Positions 1 to 13,457 are shown, counted from the first letter of the whole stretch. The stretch: DNA of 63,382 nt, filler included, from Choristocarpus tenellus KU-1152 (GCA_964200185.2; 8 parts of 8 records of this genome joined end to end with filler, not necessarily neighbours in it); one strand, 5' to 3'. Translations and numbers: made by a program. The notes: a model not told the origin generated them from the letters alone.

Positions 1-49
1 GGGGGGGGGGGGGGGGGGGGGGGGGGGGTCCGATTGGTCTAAATTGATG

Positions 50-2886
50 ATAGCACAGCATATTCAACCTCCACGGGTTGAGAGACTTGCTGAGAAGGAG
101 GTGAGGGAGTGTTTGAGAGCCCAACGCGAATATGAGATGAGTGTTAGCATGCACACTCAAAAGGAGGTATTCAAATTGCATTCATGACACTGTCCGAGTC
201 CTTAACCATTGCTCAGAGACGAGTACGGATGCGGGGCGAACTAATAAAAATTGGGCTGCAGCGACAGAGGAGCAACTCCTTAAAGCGCTAAAGAAGGTGG
301 CGAGAGGCAATAACAACTGCAGAACCTTCAACATTGGCAGAGGGTGGCCCGGATGGGAAACGAAGGGTCAGTCGCGGATAGGGTCATGTGTGTGATCTAG
401 CATATAGAAATCTATCTGGAAGATAATAATCTGGATTGTGCTTTCCATGATAATGCTGGAGAAGTGGGGGTGACTGGAAGGCAGGACCGGGAAAGGTATT
501 CTCATAGACCTTTATTGCAGGGCTTCAACCCCCTGCATTTAAGGCTGAAATTGCTAGATATGTGGCTTGGAATCCTGAGCTAAAAAAGGATCCAGACCAG
601 ATCTTTGAGCTGGTAAAGATGGAAGCCAAAAACTGGAGAATGTATGAGAGGGCCTGGGATTTTGAATCGAAATGAACCAAGTAAGGTGAACCTGGTGGTA
701 AACACCGAGAGGGAAATCCTAAGTTTGTGGAGACGAATGGCAAGCCAGGGGAAGGTACACCTAGTAGTGGACTGAGTGTGAGGAAGAACAAGTTCCAAGG
801 GACTTGTGATGCATGTGGGAAAGTTGGGCATAGAGATGCTCAATGCCGAAGCTTGTTGGTTGGAATCCGGAAGGAGCAGCAGCATCAGCAGCAGGGGTAC
901 CCACAGCATTGTGGTAGAGGTACAGACCTTGGGAGAGGATCTGGACCAGGGTCAACACAACAACCTGGGGGTGCCAGACAGCAACCCTCAAGTGTAGGGG
1001 GAGGAACAAGCCGTCTACGTGCAACCCAAGGTACAAGGAGCCAGCAGAGGCTAGCTCCACAGCCTGCTAACATATTATGGCAAGGCAATGGTGGTGGGAG
1101 TACGAGTGGCAGGGTAATGAGGATCAATGAGATGGTTCATGATGATGTGGATCATGGGATGCCTCTGCTGCTGCCAAGTCCGGATCCCAACATTAATCCT
1201 TATGCAGGACATACTGGCCTGAGAGAAATCAAGGGCACTCATGAGGATATGTCCCTAGCTACGGAAGGGGTGGATGTAGAAAGGTTGAGCTAAGATGGTA
1301 CAGCAGATGCAACTCCAGCGGGGGTCAACATGCATGTGAAGTTGTCTTTCAGTATGAAGGTTCTGATGGACCCAGGGTCAGGGAGCACAAGCATATCTAA
1401 GAGCCTGGTGAAAAAAATGCAGCATGTTGGTGGAGCAATGCTAACCAAGCCCCTCCACCAGCCCTTCCCCATCAAGATCGCAAATGGATTATCTGTGTCA
1501 ATAGGAAATGTGACTAGTCCCTTAAATGTGGCACTCCACTCAGGCTATGGGACTGTGGTGGCGAGAAATCTTGTCTTGGCAGTTAAGTTATACCAGGCAA
1601 TGATGATGTGTCAATTGTGGGCAGCAAGACATTGCGAGACATCTTAGGCTTCGATATGGAGCAATCCTTTGAGGAGGCGGCCTGAAGGAAGACAGAACTA
1701 CACATCGCAGGTCTGGAACAAGATATTACTTCCATGCGGCGTGTGAGTGTTAGTGTGGAGGTGATGCAGGAGAGCATACTGCAGCAAGGCCCTGAGCTCA
1801 TGATAGACCCTGCAGAAGAGGGAAAAAAACGAGCCTTGGCCTTAGAAACTTCCTTGCAAGTGGCCCAACAGGGCGGGATACCCATGGGTGCCTGGGGGCG
1901 CCTACAACAAGTGATAGCAACCTGGAACAATGTGTTCCAGATGCTGAGGTGGACCCCACACGATGCATGGAGCAACCCATCATTGCCTTCGCCCAAGCCT
2001 GAGGGGCGGGGCTACGGGCTGGTGATGGATTTCAGCACGGTGAACCTTCTCTCACAGGTGGTGGAGCTCTCACACCCCAGGGAGGAGTGTGCGGTGCTGA
2101 TATTTCCAGACGCCTCTGACAAGCACTGGAGGTGTTTTGTTAAACATATCCCTCAGTTGGGGGTGAATGGAGGCGTTGCAGTGGAAAACATGAGCCATGA
2201 GTCGCTGGGATTCCTGAGTTGTTCTTTCAAGGGATCACAGCTACACTGGGTCACGGTGAATAAGTTGGTGGTGCAAGCCGTAGCCATGTCTACGGAGGTG
2301 CAGGGAGAGGACACCCTGCCATCGAGAGCGGTGGTGCATGAGGCACAACTAGTGACTAGCAAGACCCTAGGGGGTGTGATGGTGAATAAAAGTGGAGGAT
2401 TTATTACCTCTGCTGGCTGTGTACATCATAACCAGGATGACATGATGCAGGTGGGTGCTGAGGTTACAGCCCCATCGTGGATACCTGTTAAGTCAAAGGA
2501 TCTGTGGACACGCCTGATGGTATGTGCACACATGGGTGAAGCAGGGCATTGTTGTAGAGCAGAAATGGTGCAGTGGCTAAAAAGGTAGTGGTTCTATGCA
2601 GACAAGGACCTGAACGTGACCACAGAGATAAAGCCAACATTCCAGTACATGCAAAACCAGGGGGAATTTGAAATGTCTGATATTCTGGCAGTGCACAGGG
2701 TAGAAGGATATGAATACCAGGTTTTGGTGGATTGGTTGGGGTTAGGTGAGAACGAGAGGACATGGGAGCCACTCTCTTCCATTTTAGAGGATATCCCTGT
2801 CTTTCTATGTTAACAGTTAAAGAAACTGAAGTTGCATGCTCAAGTGCGCAGTGCGATTAGGTGACACTACAAGATAGACATTTGAG
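50..2886 (+). mobile_element. Degenerate, internally deleted Ty3/Gypsy (chromovirus-type) LTR retrotransposon
   Basis: Domains appear in Gypsy order but are broken by stops and frameshifts: gag CCHC knuckle CDACGKVGHRDAQC (ORF 727-1293); protease-like VLMDPGS (1330-1647); RNase H-like DASDKHW...ESLGFLSCSFKGSQLHW and integrase Zn-finger start LMVCAHMGEAGH (1734-2588); chromodomain FEMSDIL...YQVLVDWLGLGENERTWEPLSSI (2616-2813). The RT and integrase cores are not visible. Confidence 0.85.
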
Positions 2887-3199
2887 TTGGATATTGTATG
2901 CTGTTCTTCGTCGAGCTGGCAGTTTTGCTACTGTTGGTAGCATGCTTGGCTCTGGGGGTGTTGTAGACACAGTGTGGATGGTTTTCCTAACATGGTTGAG
3001 GCGTTTGCATTGATTAATGTTTGGAGCATATGTGATCCTTGACTGGATCTATGCTCCAACAAAAAAGAGGAATGTGCCTTGCCAAGCTCACCTCTATATT
3101 AAACTAGCAACTTCTGTAACTATATGGTCAGAGATGTTGAGGCAGCAAAAATTGTTGAAGATCCACTCTTGTTAACAACCAGTTTGGTCTAGGCATAGT

Positions 3200-3646
3200 G
3201 GTCCTGGGGGTTGATCACACCAAGGTTTCACACATAAACAATCAGTGTTAGCAGAGTTCACGTTTCAAAATGGGCTGCATTTTGTAAAATGTCTCACAGC
3301 TTCAAGGAATTTTTACTCAAGGGTGAGAGAAGATATTGTCCCCGTTAGGAACAACACATGCTGTAGAGGCCTTCATCCTGCCACCATTAAGCCAGGGCAT
3401 GGTGTATTGCATTTACTGACTATGCCGGTCAAATAGCACTGCAAGCCACTACCGGATTGAAATCCCAGTCAGGGGTCGACAAAATAGCTGCTGTTCCAGA
3501 CTTCTGTGCCACACACATGTACCTTGTAGAAATACTAAAAACGTTCAATCAACGTCTTCGATCCTAAAACGACTTCCCCCTGACTCAGTCTTGATAGGAA
3601 AAATCAACTGAAATTTTTGAGTTAAGACATGGAAAAGCGGAGGTGT
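3200..3646 (+). mobile_element. Copia-type RT/RNase H remnant ending in a polypurine tract
   Basis: Degenerate motifs SRVREDIV (TRPDI-like) and IAFTDYAG (GYSDADYAG-like, ~3405-3430), then purine-rich GGAAAAGCGGAGG directly before an LTR-like unit. Confidence 0.45.
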
Positions 3647-4083
3647 TTTTAGAACACTAGTAAACCCCTGTTACTACCGAGCAGGTAGTCAGCTGACTTC
3701 CTGCTCGGTAGACACTGGGGTTTAGTAATGTTTTAACAAGAGCTAATCCCAGGGATCGCAAGCTGTTAGACTTTATGAGGTTTCGCCCAAGGGTTGCTAT
3801 CCCTCCAATGAGCGACCAACTTTGGCGGGGCAGTTACTAATGTGAGATGTGAGATTGTGTATCCTGGCAGCACGTTTAGCCTTTTGATGGATGTGTAACC
3901 ATGTAACCATGCCGGGATCGAATCTCGCCATGGTTACATATCTGTCAAAAGGCTAAACACGCCGCCAGGATACACAACCTCACATTAGTAACAGCCCCGC
4001 TGAAGTTGGTCACTAATTAGAGGGATAGCAACCCTTGGGCGAAACCTCATAAAGTCTAATAGCTTGTCACTAGTGTTCTAACA
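3647..4083 (+). repeat. LTR-like unit made almost entirely of two fold-back hairpins
   Basis: Ends TTTTAGAACACTAG / CTAGTGTTCTAACA form a 14-bp inverted repeat with 1 mismatch. Small hairpin ~3661-3724 is centred on AGTCAGCTGACT. Large hairpin arms are 3759-~3910 and ~3929-4066. Confidence 0.85.
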
Positions 4084-5034
4084 GGTTTAACTATGGCTAA
4101 GAATGGCCCTGTGATAAGCATTCATTGCTACTGGCCAAAGATATTTTGGATTCCATCTAGTAAAAGATGAAAATTCTTCCCTGAAATGAATCTACTCTTT
4201 TGTTGTAAGACAGGTCGACAATCTCACAATACGCACCCAGTATATGTAGGTGATTGTCTCCATATTACTCTGAATAGTCCCAAACCTGCAGTCAAAAGGT
4301 AGTTACAGGAGAGGCAACAATGCTGTAAGTATTTACACCAGGATATATACCTTACTGCCAGAATAATATTGCAAAGAATAGAAAGAAAGTAAATCAGTTT
4401 GGCAAAGAAGGGCAGCCGAGACAAACCCAGGCATAACGGACTAGCACCCAATAGCTGGAAATATCTGGAGACAAGTAATACTCTCAAAGTAAGAGTACAA
4501 AACTAGACAGAGGAAAGTTAGATCCCCAATATATATGCAAATCATTTTTAGAAGTCGAATAGTTCTGGCTAGGTATGCTGTACTACACTAGTTAAAAATG
4601 ACACCCACCAACAACATTTGCAGTACCTGTGGGCACCTCCCACCAACTTGCCACCAAAGTCCATCAAAACACCTCCACACCCATACTACAGCTTCACTAC
4701 TGATTCTGCCCACATGAACAAGTAAAGTGGATGGACCAAAGATGAATTTTGAAGAACAACCCATCTGTCAACGGAAATCATCCTTGCCACATGTCCTACT
4801 CAGTCCCCCTCTTTCCACCCCTTCTCTCCCTCCAACCACCTCCACCGCAGTCCCCATCCCCACCCCCAACTCCACCTCCCCTTCCACTCCAAAGCCCAGA
4901 CCCCTTCTCCATCTCCGTCTCTCTTGAAGAGGCTGTAGTTTGCAAGTGTGATCGAGGGTAAAGGAGGCTGGGGGGGTATTACGCATAGTTTGGTGGAACA
5001 CATAGATACATGGATGGCATGTGAGATACCTTTT

Positions 5035-5222
5035 GACCCAAAGTATCTGGTGGGGGGGGGGGGGGGGGGAGTCTACACCAGGGTGTCCATTTGGGCCAAA
5101 ATCAGGAGAAGTGCATTTGCATTATCTATCCAACGTATGCAACCAAATCACCCAAACATCGGGACATGAAAAAATTGACCCCACATGGACAGTCGCCACC
5201 CCCCTCCCAGATTATTTGAGCC
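5035..5222. mobile_element. MITE-like element with G-run/C-run termini, copy 1
   Basis: CCAAAGTATCTGG(G)n ... (C)nCAGAT ends; ~180 bp similar to 7530-7713. Confidence 0.65.
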
Positions 5223-5749
5223 TTGATGATAAGCCTTGTTCAAGGTGGCGTCACACATTCTTGTGTCGAGGCACGACACATCCCTCACCTCTCAAGGCTA
5301 TATTGAGTAGCATCTTGCAGTAAGGAATACTGACCTTCTTTACCTCTACCGTGAACCACATACACTCTTCCCAAAAATGAAGAAAAATCCATGCCACATT
5401 TGAAGAGGACAAAACCTACCACTAATTGACGATGAGAGACTTCTTGAGGAGAGACATGATTCTTCTCCTTTGCAGGTCATGCAAGGATGCATGGGGAGGA
5501 TTTGCTGGACACTGCTTGATAGTATGCATATAGGCTGAAAGAACAAACTCACCAAAAGCACATAAATAGCACTGCAGTATCTGGGATGCCAAGGCTTTAG
5601 TCTTTCTCCTCCCACCTCTAACCCCCAAACTGTAGTTTAATCATTCTGGCTCTCCCTCACACTATCAAGTGCAGAACTGTCAAGCAAAGCCAGATATCTG
5701 GGATATCTAGATTTTCTGTGAGTCAATCTACAGATATTTTGGGTCATAT

Positions 5750-8700
5750 CTGAACCAAGAGAAGAGAAACAAAGTGCATTTCTTGCAGTTCAGTCGTTTA
5801 GGTTGGTTACCGGACGGAAAAACAATCCGCAGCAGCTTCAGAGTTTGGGGTGGCACTCTGCAGCATCCATCATGTTATCTCTCTGTAGCACTTCTCAACG
5901 TCACAGAGTTACCTAGTAGTGCTTAGGCTGTCACCATCTCCTTCTTACAATAATATTTCATACAATCCACCCTCTCTGGTAGATGGTATGTGAACTCCTC
6001 AAAATTTCCACATTTGTCAAACCAATAGCTGAGTGCGAATGATGTTGAAAGAAATTCAATGCCATACGATGTAGCAAAATTCCACATATGACCTGATCAT
6101 CCCCCCAAAATGATGAATAGGAAGTTAACTACAATTCGCAAAAAAATTACAGTAATTCGTTTCTATTTACTTTATAATCCCCTTTTACTCACTGGAGTTC
6201 ACCACAAGTCACCTCAAATGGCATTGATTCACTTTGTGTTTTGCAAGCCAACCAACTATCCCGCTGGTTCAATGTGGCTTAGTTGATAAGGCCTAAGGCC
6301 TCAAATCAATTGGTTTGACCTGATCTGGGTCATGACCCGTAGTCAATGCCCACCCAATAGCCTATGAATACCCTGCATTTCATCCCGCCAAAATATCCCA
6401 TTGTTCAATATTCTCAACAAATTTCCCCTGGACTAACCACCTTACCTCTTGGCCAGAAGTCACCTCACGGTCCTGCGTAGAGCAGGCCTCCTCCCTCTCT
6501 CTAGGGCTTTCTCTGGCATTTAACCGGGCAACTGAAGCTTCACCTCTGCATTTGGAGTGAACAAACAACAATCAAGAAATAGGTTGATTACAATCAAGGC
6601 AAAACCCAGCTCTGAGTAGGTCGGGATTGGTGCCTAGAAGTACAACATATGTCAGAGATTGAATTGTGAATGAGTGAACATTGATTAAGGAACACTTCAC
6701 TGCTAAGAGAAACTACACCCTGAGCATATTTTGATGTTTACAACTGGGCAAGATATCTCCCCCAACTAACATTCCTCATACACGCTTCTTGGTGAGAAGA
6801 AACGCTTGATGCAGTAGACAAAGTTTGTATATCACACTATCTCCCCTTGACTACAATCGATCTTCTTGAACATAGCGAACAATCACTTTTTTCTCGTGTA
6901 AAGTTTAGGGGCACAATATCAGTTATACTAGACAGGTTTGGGCGTAGGGTTGCGATGATACTGGAGGAAGAAACATGATCAGTGTACCACCTGGAACAAG
7001 ATATTCCGTGCATCCCTTTTCAACATCAAGATCACGATGGCATAATGTATTGACCAGAAGTTTGCATATCAGGATGGTTACAGGAAAGATTGGAGACAGT
7101 GCGGTGGGAGTTCCGGCATTGTTTTGAATGTCTTTGTGACAATCTTTTGATTAGGGGGAGAGGTGATATTCAATCTGGAATATTGTCTAGGGATTGCAAT
7201 ACGTGGAGAGTTTGTTGTACGGGTTGATTCAAGGACTTCAAGTCAATACTGCAAAGAAGGAAGTCCATAACAGGAGTCAAACCGCCATATATTCTAACCC
7301 AGATATATGTGACCAAATATTTGTACTCACCATCACATCCCCGTCCATGCAATGCCAAACGACAAAGATCTTGTGCGTGCCCAAAGATCTGTATTTGTTC
7401 TCACCACAGTATCTGCCCTCAACAGAGCTGCATCTTTTGACGCCCGAAGGACCTCATCATGAGCACCCATCTCGTGGATCTCCCTGTCCTTCCCTTCCGA
7501 TATTTTCCTCGTGAGTTTCCATGTATAGTCATCCAAAGTATCTGGAGGGGGGAGGGGGGGTCTACACCAGGGTGTCCATTTGGACAAAAATTTGGAAAAG
7601 TACATTTACATTATCCATCTGACATATGCAACCAAATCGCCCAATAATCGCAACAAGAAAAAATCGACCCCAAATGGACAGCCGCCACCCCCCCCCCCCC
7701 AGATATTTTTAGCCAGTTTAGGGGTGTAGTAATTGGAACTCTAGTCAGGTTTGGGCGTAGGGTGGTGATGATTGGAGGAAGATACATGACGAGTTCACCC
7801 CCTGGAACAACATATTCCGTACCTCTCTTTTCAGGTGAGCCCATGCCTTCCACTTTGATATCATTTTCCCTCCAGATTGTGTTCAGTACACAGATGTCGA
7901 GAATTTCACATCTCATGCGGAGAACATGACCACAGTGATACTGGAGTCCACCAAACAACGTGACACACTATGTTAACCCATCAAGTACTACAGGTGATTG
8001 AGACAGATCTTCTCACCTCATCTTTGCCAATAAATCGGAGGAAGTACCAAGGTTGGCCTTCATCTCATCGAGGGAGGTCTCCCCCTGGATGTGTTTAAGA
8101 TTCAGAGGAGAGACATTGGTGATCTGTGAAACCCAAGGCTCTAGACACAATTTATGTAGTCTCTCAGTTCGTTGGCAGATCAAATCTCAGCACAAAGGTG
8201 TGGGCATTGAAGCCAGCACACGTATCGACATAGGTAAGCAGTATGGGTACCTGATGTAAAATGTCAAGATCCAACATCAATAGTCTATATTTTTGACATA
8301 TCAATGCCATGATCAGAGCAAGATGGAGGATCGACTATACCTTTGCATACCAGGGTGCTTACTAGAAGGATTGGAAACGATGTAGTGGATGTGCTGACAT
8401 TGATTTGAGAGTCTTTGTGATAATCTCTTGATTAGGGGGAGAGGTGATATTCAATATTTTAACGATAGCCAGGGATTGCAATACAAGGAGGGTTGTACAG
8501 GTTGATTTAAGGGCTATAAGTCAATATTGCCCTGAATGTAGTCGTACCAGGAGTCACAACAACCTCTAGGTAAAGCTTATTGGGGTTATCATCCTTCGCA
8601 CCTTTGCCCGGTCATGGATCAACTTCACCAACATTGCTGCAAGCATTGCCACCATAATGAGCAGTATAACCTGATGTTTGGGGAATGTTTTGATGAGACA

Positions 8701-9000
8701 AGGTGTGTTCGTCCTATGTCATGTGGAGCTTGGTAGATGTATATAAGAATAATATTTGTAGTTGGGGCTGAGGAAGGAAACCCTCCTATGTTTATTACCT
8801 GCAGGATTTACTTATTTATGTGAAGGGAAGCAAAGGTAGACACAACAGACGTGAAGAAATATGCATTGAAGTGCATTTCTCTTTGAGTGCAGCAAGAGAT
8901 TGTGGGTTGTGAGAGTTTATGCTGGCAATAAATTTCTCAGAAAATGTAGGTATGGTGAGAAACAATCTACCCACCAAGGGGACTTGTACTCTCTACAAAC
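5750..9000 (-). mobile_element. Highly decayed retroelement-like sequence with internal duplications
   Basis: Minus-strand remnants AQGVVSLSSE (~6700) and EQWDILAG (ORF 6380-6571) resemble Copia RNase H. Segments ~6930-7010 and ~7740-7820 match each other, as do ~7120-7280 and ~8400-8550. Confidence 0.3.
7530..7713. mobile_element. MITE-like element with G-run/C-run termini, copy 2
   Basis: Same termini and internal TCTACACCAGGGTGTCCATTTGG...ATGCAACCAAATC as 5035-5222. Confidence 0.65.
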
Positions 9001-9369
9001 GACTATTATACCTCTCTAGTCACTCTCTTCTGAAAAGAGGCTAGGTGTAGCGGCTATTAATACACAGACTCACTATCACCAGAAATGAATAGCGTCTCCC
9101 TTTTACTTGACTAACTTCTTCCATGTTCTGTCATCGAGCTCTAAGTTCAGATGCAACATTACCAAGAATTATGCAATGTGTTGAGAATTTCAACTATTTG
9201 TGGAAGTTACTCCAAGGATATACCTGAGTCCTGACATCATGGTGACCGACTCCTTTACGAATCTAATGTTTGGGTACTTGCACACCATCACGACCAGTAG
9301 TGCAGGCAATTGGATGTGATAATTATGATGAATCATATTTCACACAACTATTTCAGGGCTTTTTCCTGG

Positions 9370-10087
9370 GCCAGGCAGTTAGCATGTAAACTGTCGGTCC
9401 TATGACCACCAGCTGGTCCGTGGTCTGGCCATGTTGAAATGGTCAATGGCCATGACTCGTCCATGTTTGAACTTGGTTGCACATGACCGAGTGGTCACGG
9501 TCATGTTGAGTAAGCGATTACCATGCACTCAGGCATGTCAGAAAATTTTATCTATGGTCAGTCAGTCAGGTAATATTTCATTTACACTCCACCCAGCCAC
9601 GTCATGGTCATACCTCCTTTTTTTACATTTTACAACCCATGTCCTAAATTTCAAATTTCTGCTACTAATACTTCAAGTACTAAATATACGATATGTAGTG
9701 ATATTTCTATATAGTATTTTTTATTGTTCCATTTCGAATATCATAATTGTAAATTCATACAAACACATTGTTGGGTCTTTCAGGTGATTTGTGGTCCATG
9801 TGTGATGATTACACGCAGTGGGCATAGTCTGAACATGCCAGAAAAAAATTGAATTCATTGGTGGTCATGGTTCGGACATGGAATGAAAAATATTATATTG
9901 CCCAGTTGGTGGACATGGACCAGTTCAATACCTAGTGGACATACACTGGGGCATGTTAAAAAAAAAATGTGGGACCAGTCCAGACATGGGTATGGACCGA
10001 TTCAATACGTAGTGGGCACGGACTAGGACATGTTAAATGCTTATAGGATCAGTACAGACCGTGGACGAAACATTTTTATTTGCTGGG
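9370..10087. repeat. Non-autonomous DNA-transposon-like segment with subterminal short repeats
   Basis: Dense GGTC/GACC/CATG motifs on both sides of an AT-rich core; repeated ATGGACC..TTCAATAC.TAGTGG; right end TTTATTTGCTGGG. Confidence 0.4.
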
Positions 10088-10712
10088 TTGGTGAAAAGCC
10101 TTGGACTATTTGAACAACCAAATATAGATTATATATGCAATTTTTGTTGTAGTTATTTTGATAATACATTGTGTGAGACAATTTTTTGTCCTGCTATTAA
10201 ATATTTTAATATATATACTTGTATTTATATTCAAAGTGGATAATATATTCTAATTGAAAGTAGGAGTAGTAGTAAATCATTTTCTGAGCATAAACAAATT
10301 AGATTGCTTTCATTGTAATATTAATATTCAAATACTAGGGCTATAAATTTAGTATATATTACATTTAGTCCTTGCTTTTCTCATTATTAATGAAAATATT
10401 TTTTCCATTATCACTTTCAAAATATATGAAACCATTCCTATTTTGTTTTGTTGTAATTTCAATTGTGGCGATTATGTTCTTATTTCTATGATATATTATT
10501 TCAATTTTCTTTACAAAATTGAATATTCTACAATTCTATTCTAGGTTTTGACATTATTTTTTGTATGTAGATATTTTTTTAAACATTGATTATACCGATT
10601 ATAAAGAAGATAGCCATTTGTGATGTGAACGGTAACAGGTCATTGGAGTTGAGCTCAATCAATTGGAAAGAGCAAAACTGAACCAAAATTATTTGGTTAT
10701 TTGGGGGGGGGG

Positions 10713-10812
10713 NNNNNNNNNNNNNNNNNNNNNNNNNNNNNNNNNNNNNNNNNNNNTTAATTAATTAANNNNNNNNNNNNNNNNNNNNNNNNNNNNNNNN
10801 NNNNNNNNNNNN
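10713..10812. other. Artificial contig-joining spacer (N44-TTAATTAATTAA-N44)
   Basis: Exactly 100 nt, with a linker that places stops in all six frames. Confidence 0.98.
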
Positions 10813-11180
10813 TTTAACTCTGATTATATTACATCCAAGTGTGCGTGTGTGTGATACACAGTTTGCAGAGTGGCGTTGATGCAATTTGAGGATCAATGGC
10901 AGTCACGAAAGAAATAATAATCAGCCATCAACGTACAACTGTCATTTTCTGCTGATAAGGAGAAAGAGTGAGAGAAAAACAAACAACAGAACAATAGAAC
11001 AAAATTGAAACAATATGTGATGCAGCTAAAGTGATGTACACTATACTATACTATTTGTGTGGAACGCAGAGCGACTGTTCTGTACTATGGTGTTCTGATT
11101 GTAGTTGATGTGGTGATGTATTGACTGGTGGAACTATATCGTATCAAGGAACAAACAGATGAGTAACCTATGTTTTAACA
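10813..11180 (-). mobile_element. Partial Copia LTR (family A), cut by contig start
   Basis: Matches 13040-13457 and the reverse complement of 47121-47550; ends ...CCTATGTTTTAACA. Confidence 0.8.
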
Positions 11181-12738
11181 TTTGGTACATACAAAAGAAC
11201 CTGGATATTTGTATAGAACCCAGTACACAGAGAAACAAGCGAAGGAAGATGTAAGTTGTATGTGACACCCCGCGTTTGCTCGCCGACATTATTGCCCCCC
11301 TGCGGTCCCCCCCTGCGAATAAGCTGTGCCCCCCCCCACCTCCCCACGCGCACACGGTATGTATTTTAGCCGCATTGTGCTGTAGTAGTGGTGGTGGGAC
11401 AGAGCGCAAAACAAGAAATAAAATGCACAGACAAAAACGTAGCGAAACAATACCCACTCTTCCATTATGCATGTCACATATACTCGTGAACAGAAACATG
11501 TACCGGAAAAAGTTGTGTGTCGGGTCTGTCCTCCTACTTTGCTGGTCGTGAGCTCCCCCTTATGTTGTTTCTGTTACAGAATGCATGGGTTTCGAAGGAC
11601 TGTGGAACAACAGCATGTATCATCATTGTACCACTCCACAAATGTCCCCCCAAAATGTTGATGTTCTCCCTGTGCCCAGAAAAACTTCACAGCTTCCTGC
11701 AACGAGAGGATCGGGCGAAACATCCTTTTCTTACGACAAAAAAATTAATAAACGTTAACGATACAAGATCTGTACCCATTCTGCTGGACACATACATATG
11801 TTGGCGATATGCGTGTTTAGGGACTATGATGAGGGATTGGAAGTACAAATATTTGAAGATGTGGATTTTGTTATCTTTACGTAACAAAGCATTCAACACC
11901 TTCTGACAGTGGTTTTTCTCTTAGCCCTGACACATCTCCAAAAGGTCGGAGAGGTCATAATAGCGTCGTCATACACCTCCCTGGGAGTACTGCATCCACA
12001 AAATCTTCCCCGCTGTGGTATGTATCCTCCTCTTGCACTGTACAATTGCAGTAAACACCACTGTCTACAAGTGATAAAATTGTTCTTGTCTCTACGGGTA
12101 TCGCTGTTGTACATTTCATTCCACTGGCTACATACATATACATGTGAGAGTCGAAAAGTTGAAAATTTCATTAGATGTCCAATCCTTTCCTAGCTGTAAC
12201 TCACTTCGAACGTTGCACATCAAACAACATCATATCCAGACCACTCACTCTTAAGTACGCTCAGTACTGTTACCCATATAAAATATGTTACAACTTGCAA
12301 CAATTGGAACTGATTCCACCTCTCTGAACAACGGGAAGTCTGAGGCTTTGCGTGGTTATCTGTAACGATTGCTGTCTCGCTACACCTTCATCAAGCCACA
12401 CCTGTCCCTCTACCCGCTATACTCCGTTTCACTTCGCCTGAAGGAGGTTCTGACCGCTGTTTTTCCTTCAAGGTGAGAAGGATCGCTAACAGCTTGTGAG
12501 AATGGCGTTGGGAAAGGGTACGAAAAGGTAGTACGTCTTTAGCATGGTTTATGCCCTCTCCACTTGATCCGCCATCTGTGGTACCACCAGCACACCACTG
12601 AACTCTGGAGAATTGATCCTACACTGCGTCATTCCTCTCGATCATTCCACCTTCCGGTTCACTCCTAGTGACAAACGAGGTACATTCCACTCTTTCTTAC
12701 ATCTTCCAATGGGGTGCAGCAACAATGATCATAGTACC

Positions 12739-13457
12739 TGTCGAAACCTGAATCGAATGTATCTTACTTGTGAGCAAAATGCGTAGACTACGAGCGATGA
12801 GGAATCATGGCGTTGCAAAGAACCGATGAATAATATGCGTAGTCTGTGTTGTGAATAGATGTGATTGTGTTGCAAAGCACCGATGTATTTATTCTGTTGT
12901 AACTGAGGTCATTGATTGCTCAGTCAATAATGATGTGATGTGCATTCAGTGTTATTTCATGAGATACTCAACGAAAGAAGTCCATGCTCTGTAGAGAGGC
13001 TTCTTACCTTGACTGGCAAGGGTTTCTGTGGATCATTTTGACTCTGTATATATTACATCCAGGTGAGCATCAGGTACACTTATTGCAGAGTGACCTTGGT
13101 GCATTTATGAGAGATCGATGACAACCAAGAAAGAAATAATAATCAACAATTGACATACAATTATCATCTTCTGCTGATAAGAAGAAGAAAGAGAGAGAAA
13201 ACAAAAGGACAAACAACAGAATAAACAAACTTGAATCAATATGTGATGAACTCAAGTAACACATACTATTCACTATTCCTGTGTGTAGAATGTAGAGCGA
13301 CAGTTCTGTACTACGGTGTTCTGACTCTAATTGATGTGGTGATGATGAACTAGTGATAGTAACGACCAGTGCGTAACAGACCAATCAACAGTCAGTGCTG
13401 ACTGGTGGAACTGTATCGTATCAAGGAAAAAACAGATGAGTAGCCTATGTTTTAACA
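12739..13457 (-). mobile_element. Complete Copia LTR (family A), probably a 3' LTR
   Basis: TG...CA ends, colinear with 47121-47827. A purine tract AGCGGAGGGATTT lies directly upstream on the minus strand. No TSD. A degenerate integrase motif NSPEFSGV...VERA*TML lies next to it at ~12540-12615 (-). Confidence 0.8.

Noticed and set aside
1-28. Long poly-G/poly-C tracts (also 46018-46043 and 62455-62480) as G-quadruplex elements
   Set aside because: They sit at contig or gap edges, where homopolymer sequencing artefacts are common.
4727-5003. Overlapping Pro-rich and Gly-rich ORFs
   Set aside because: Low-complexity C-rich tract open in several frames; no domain or splice support.
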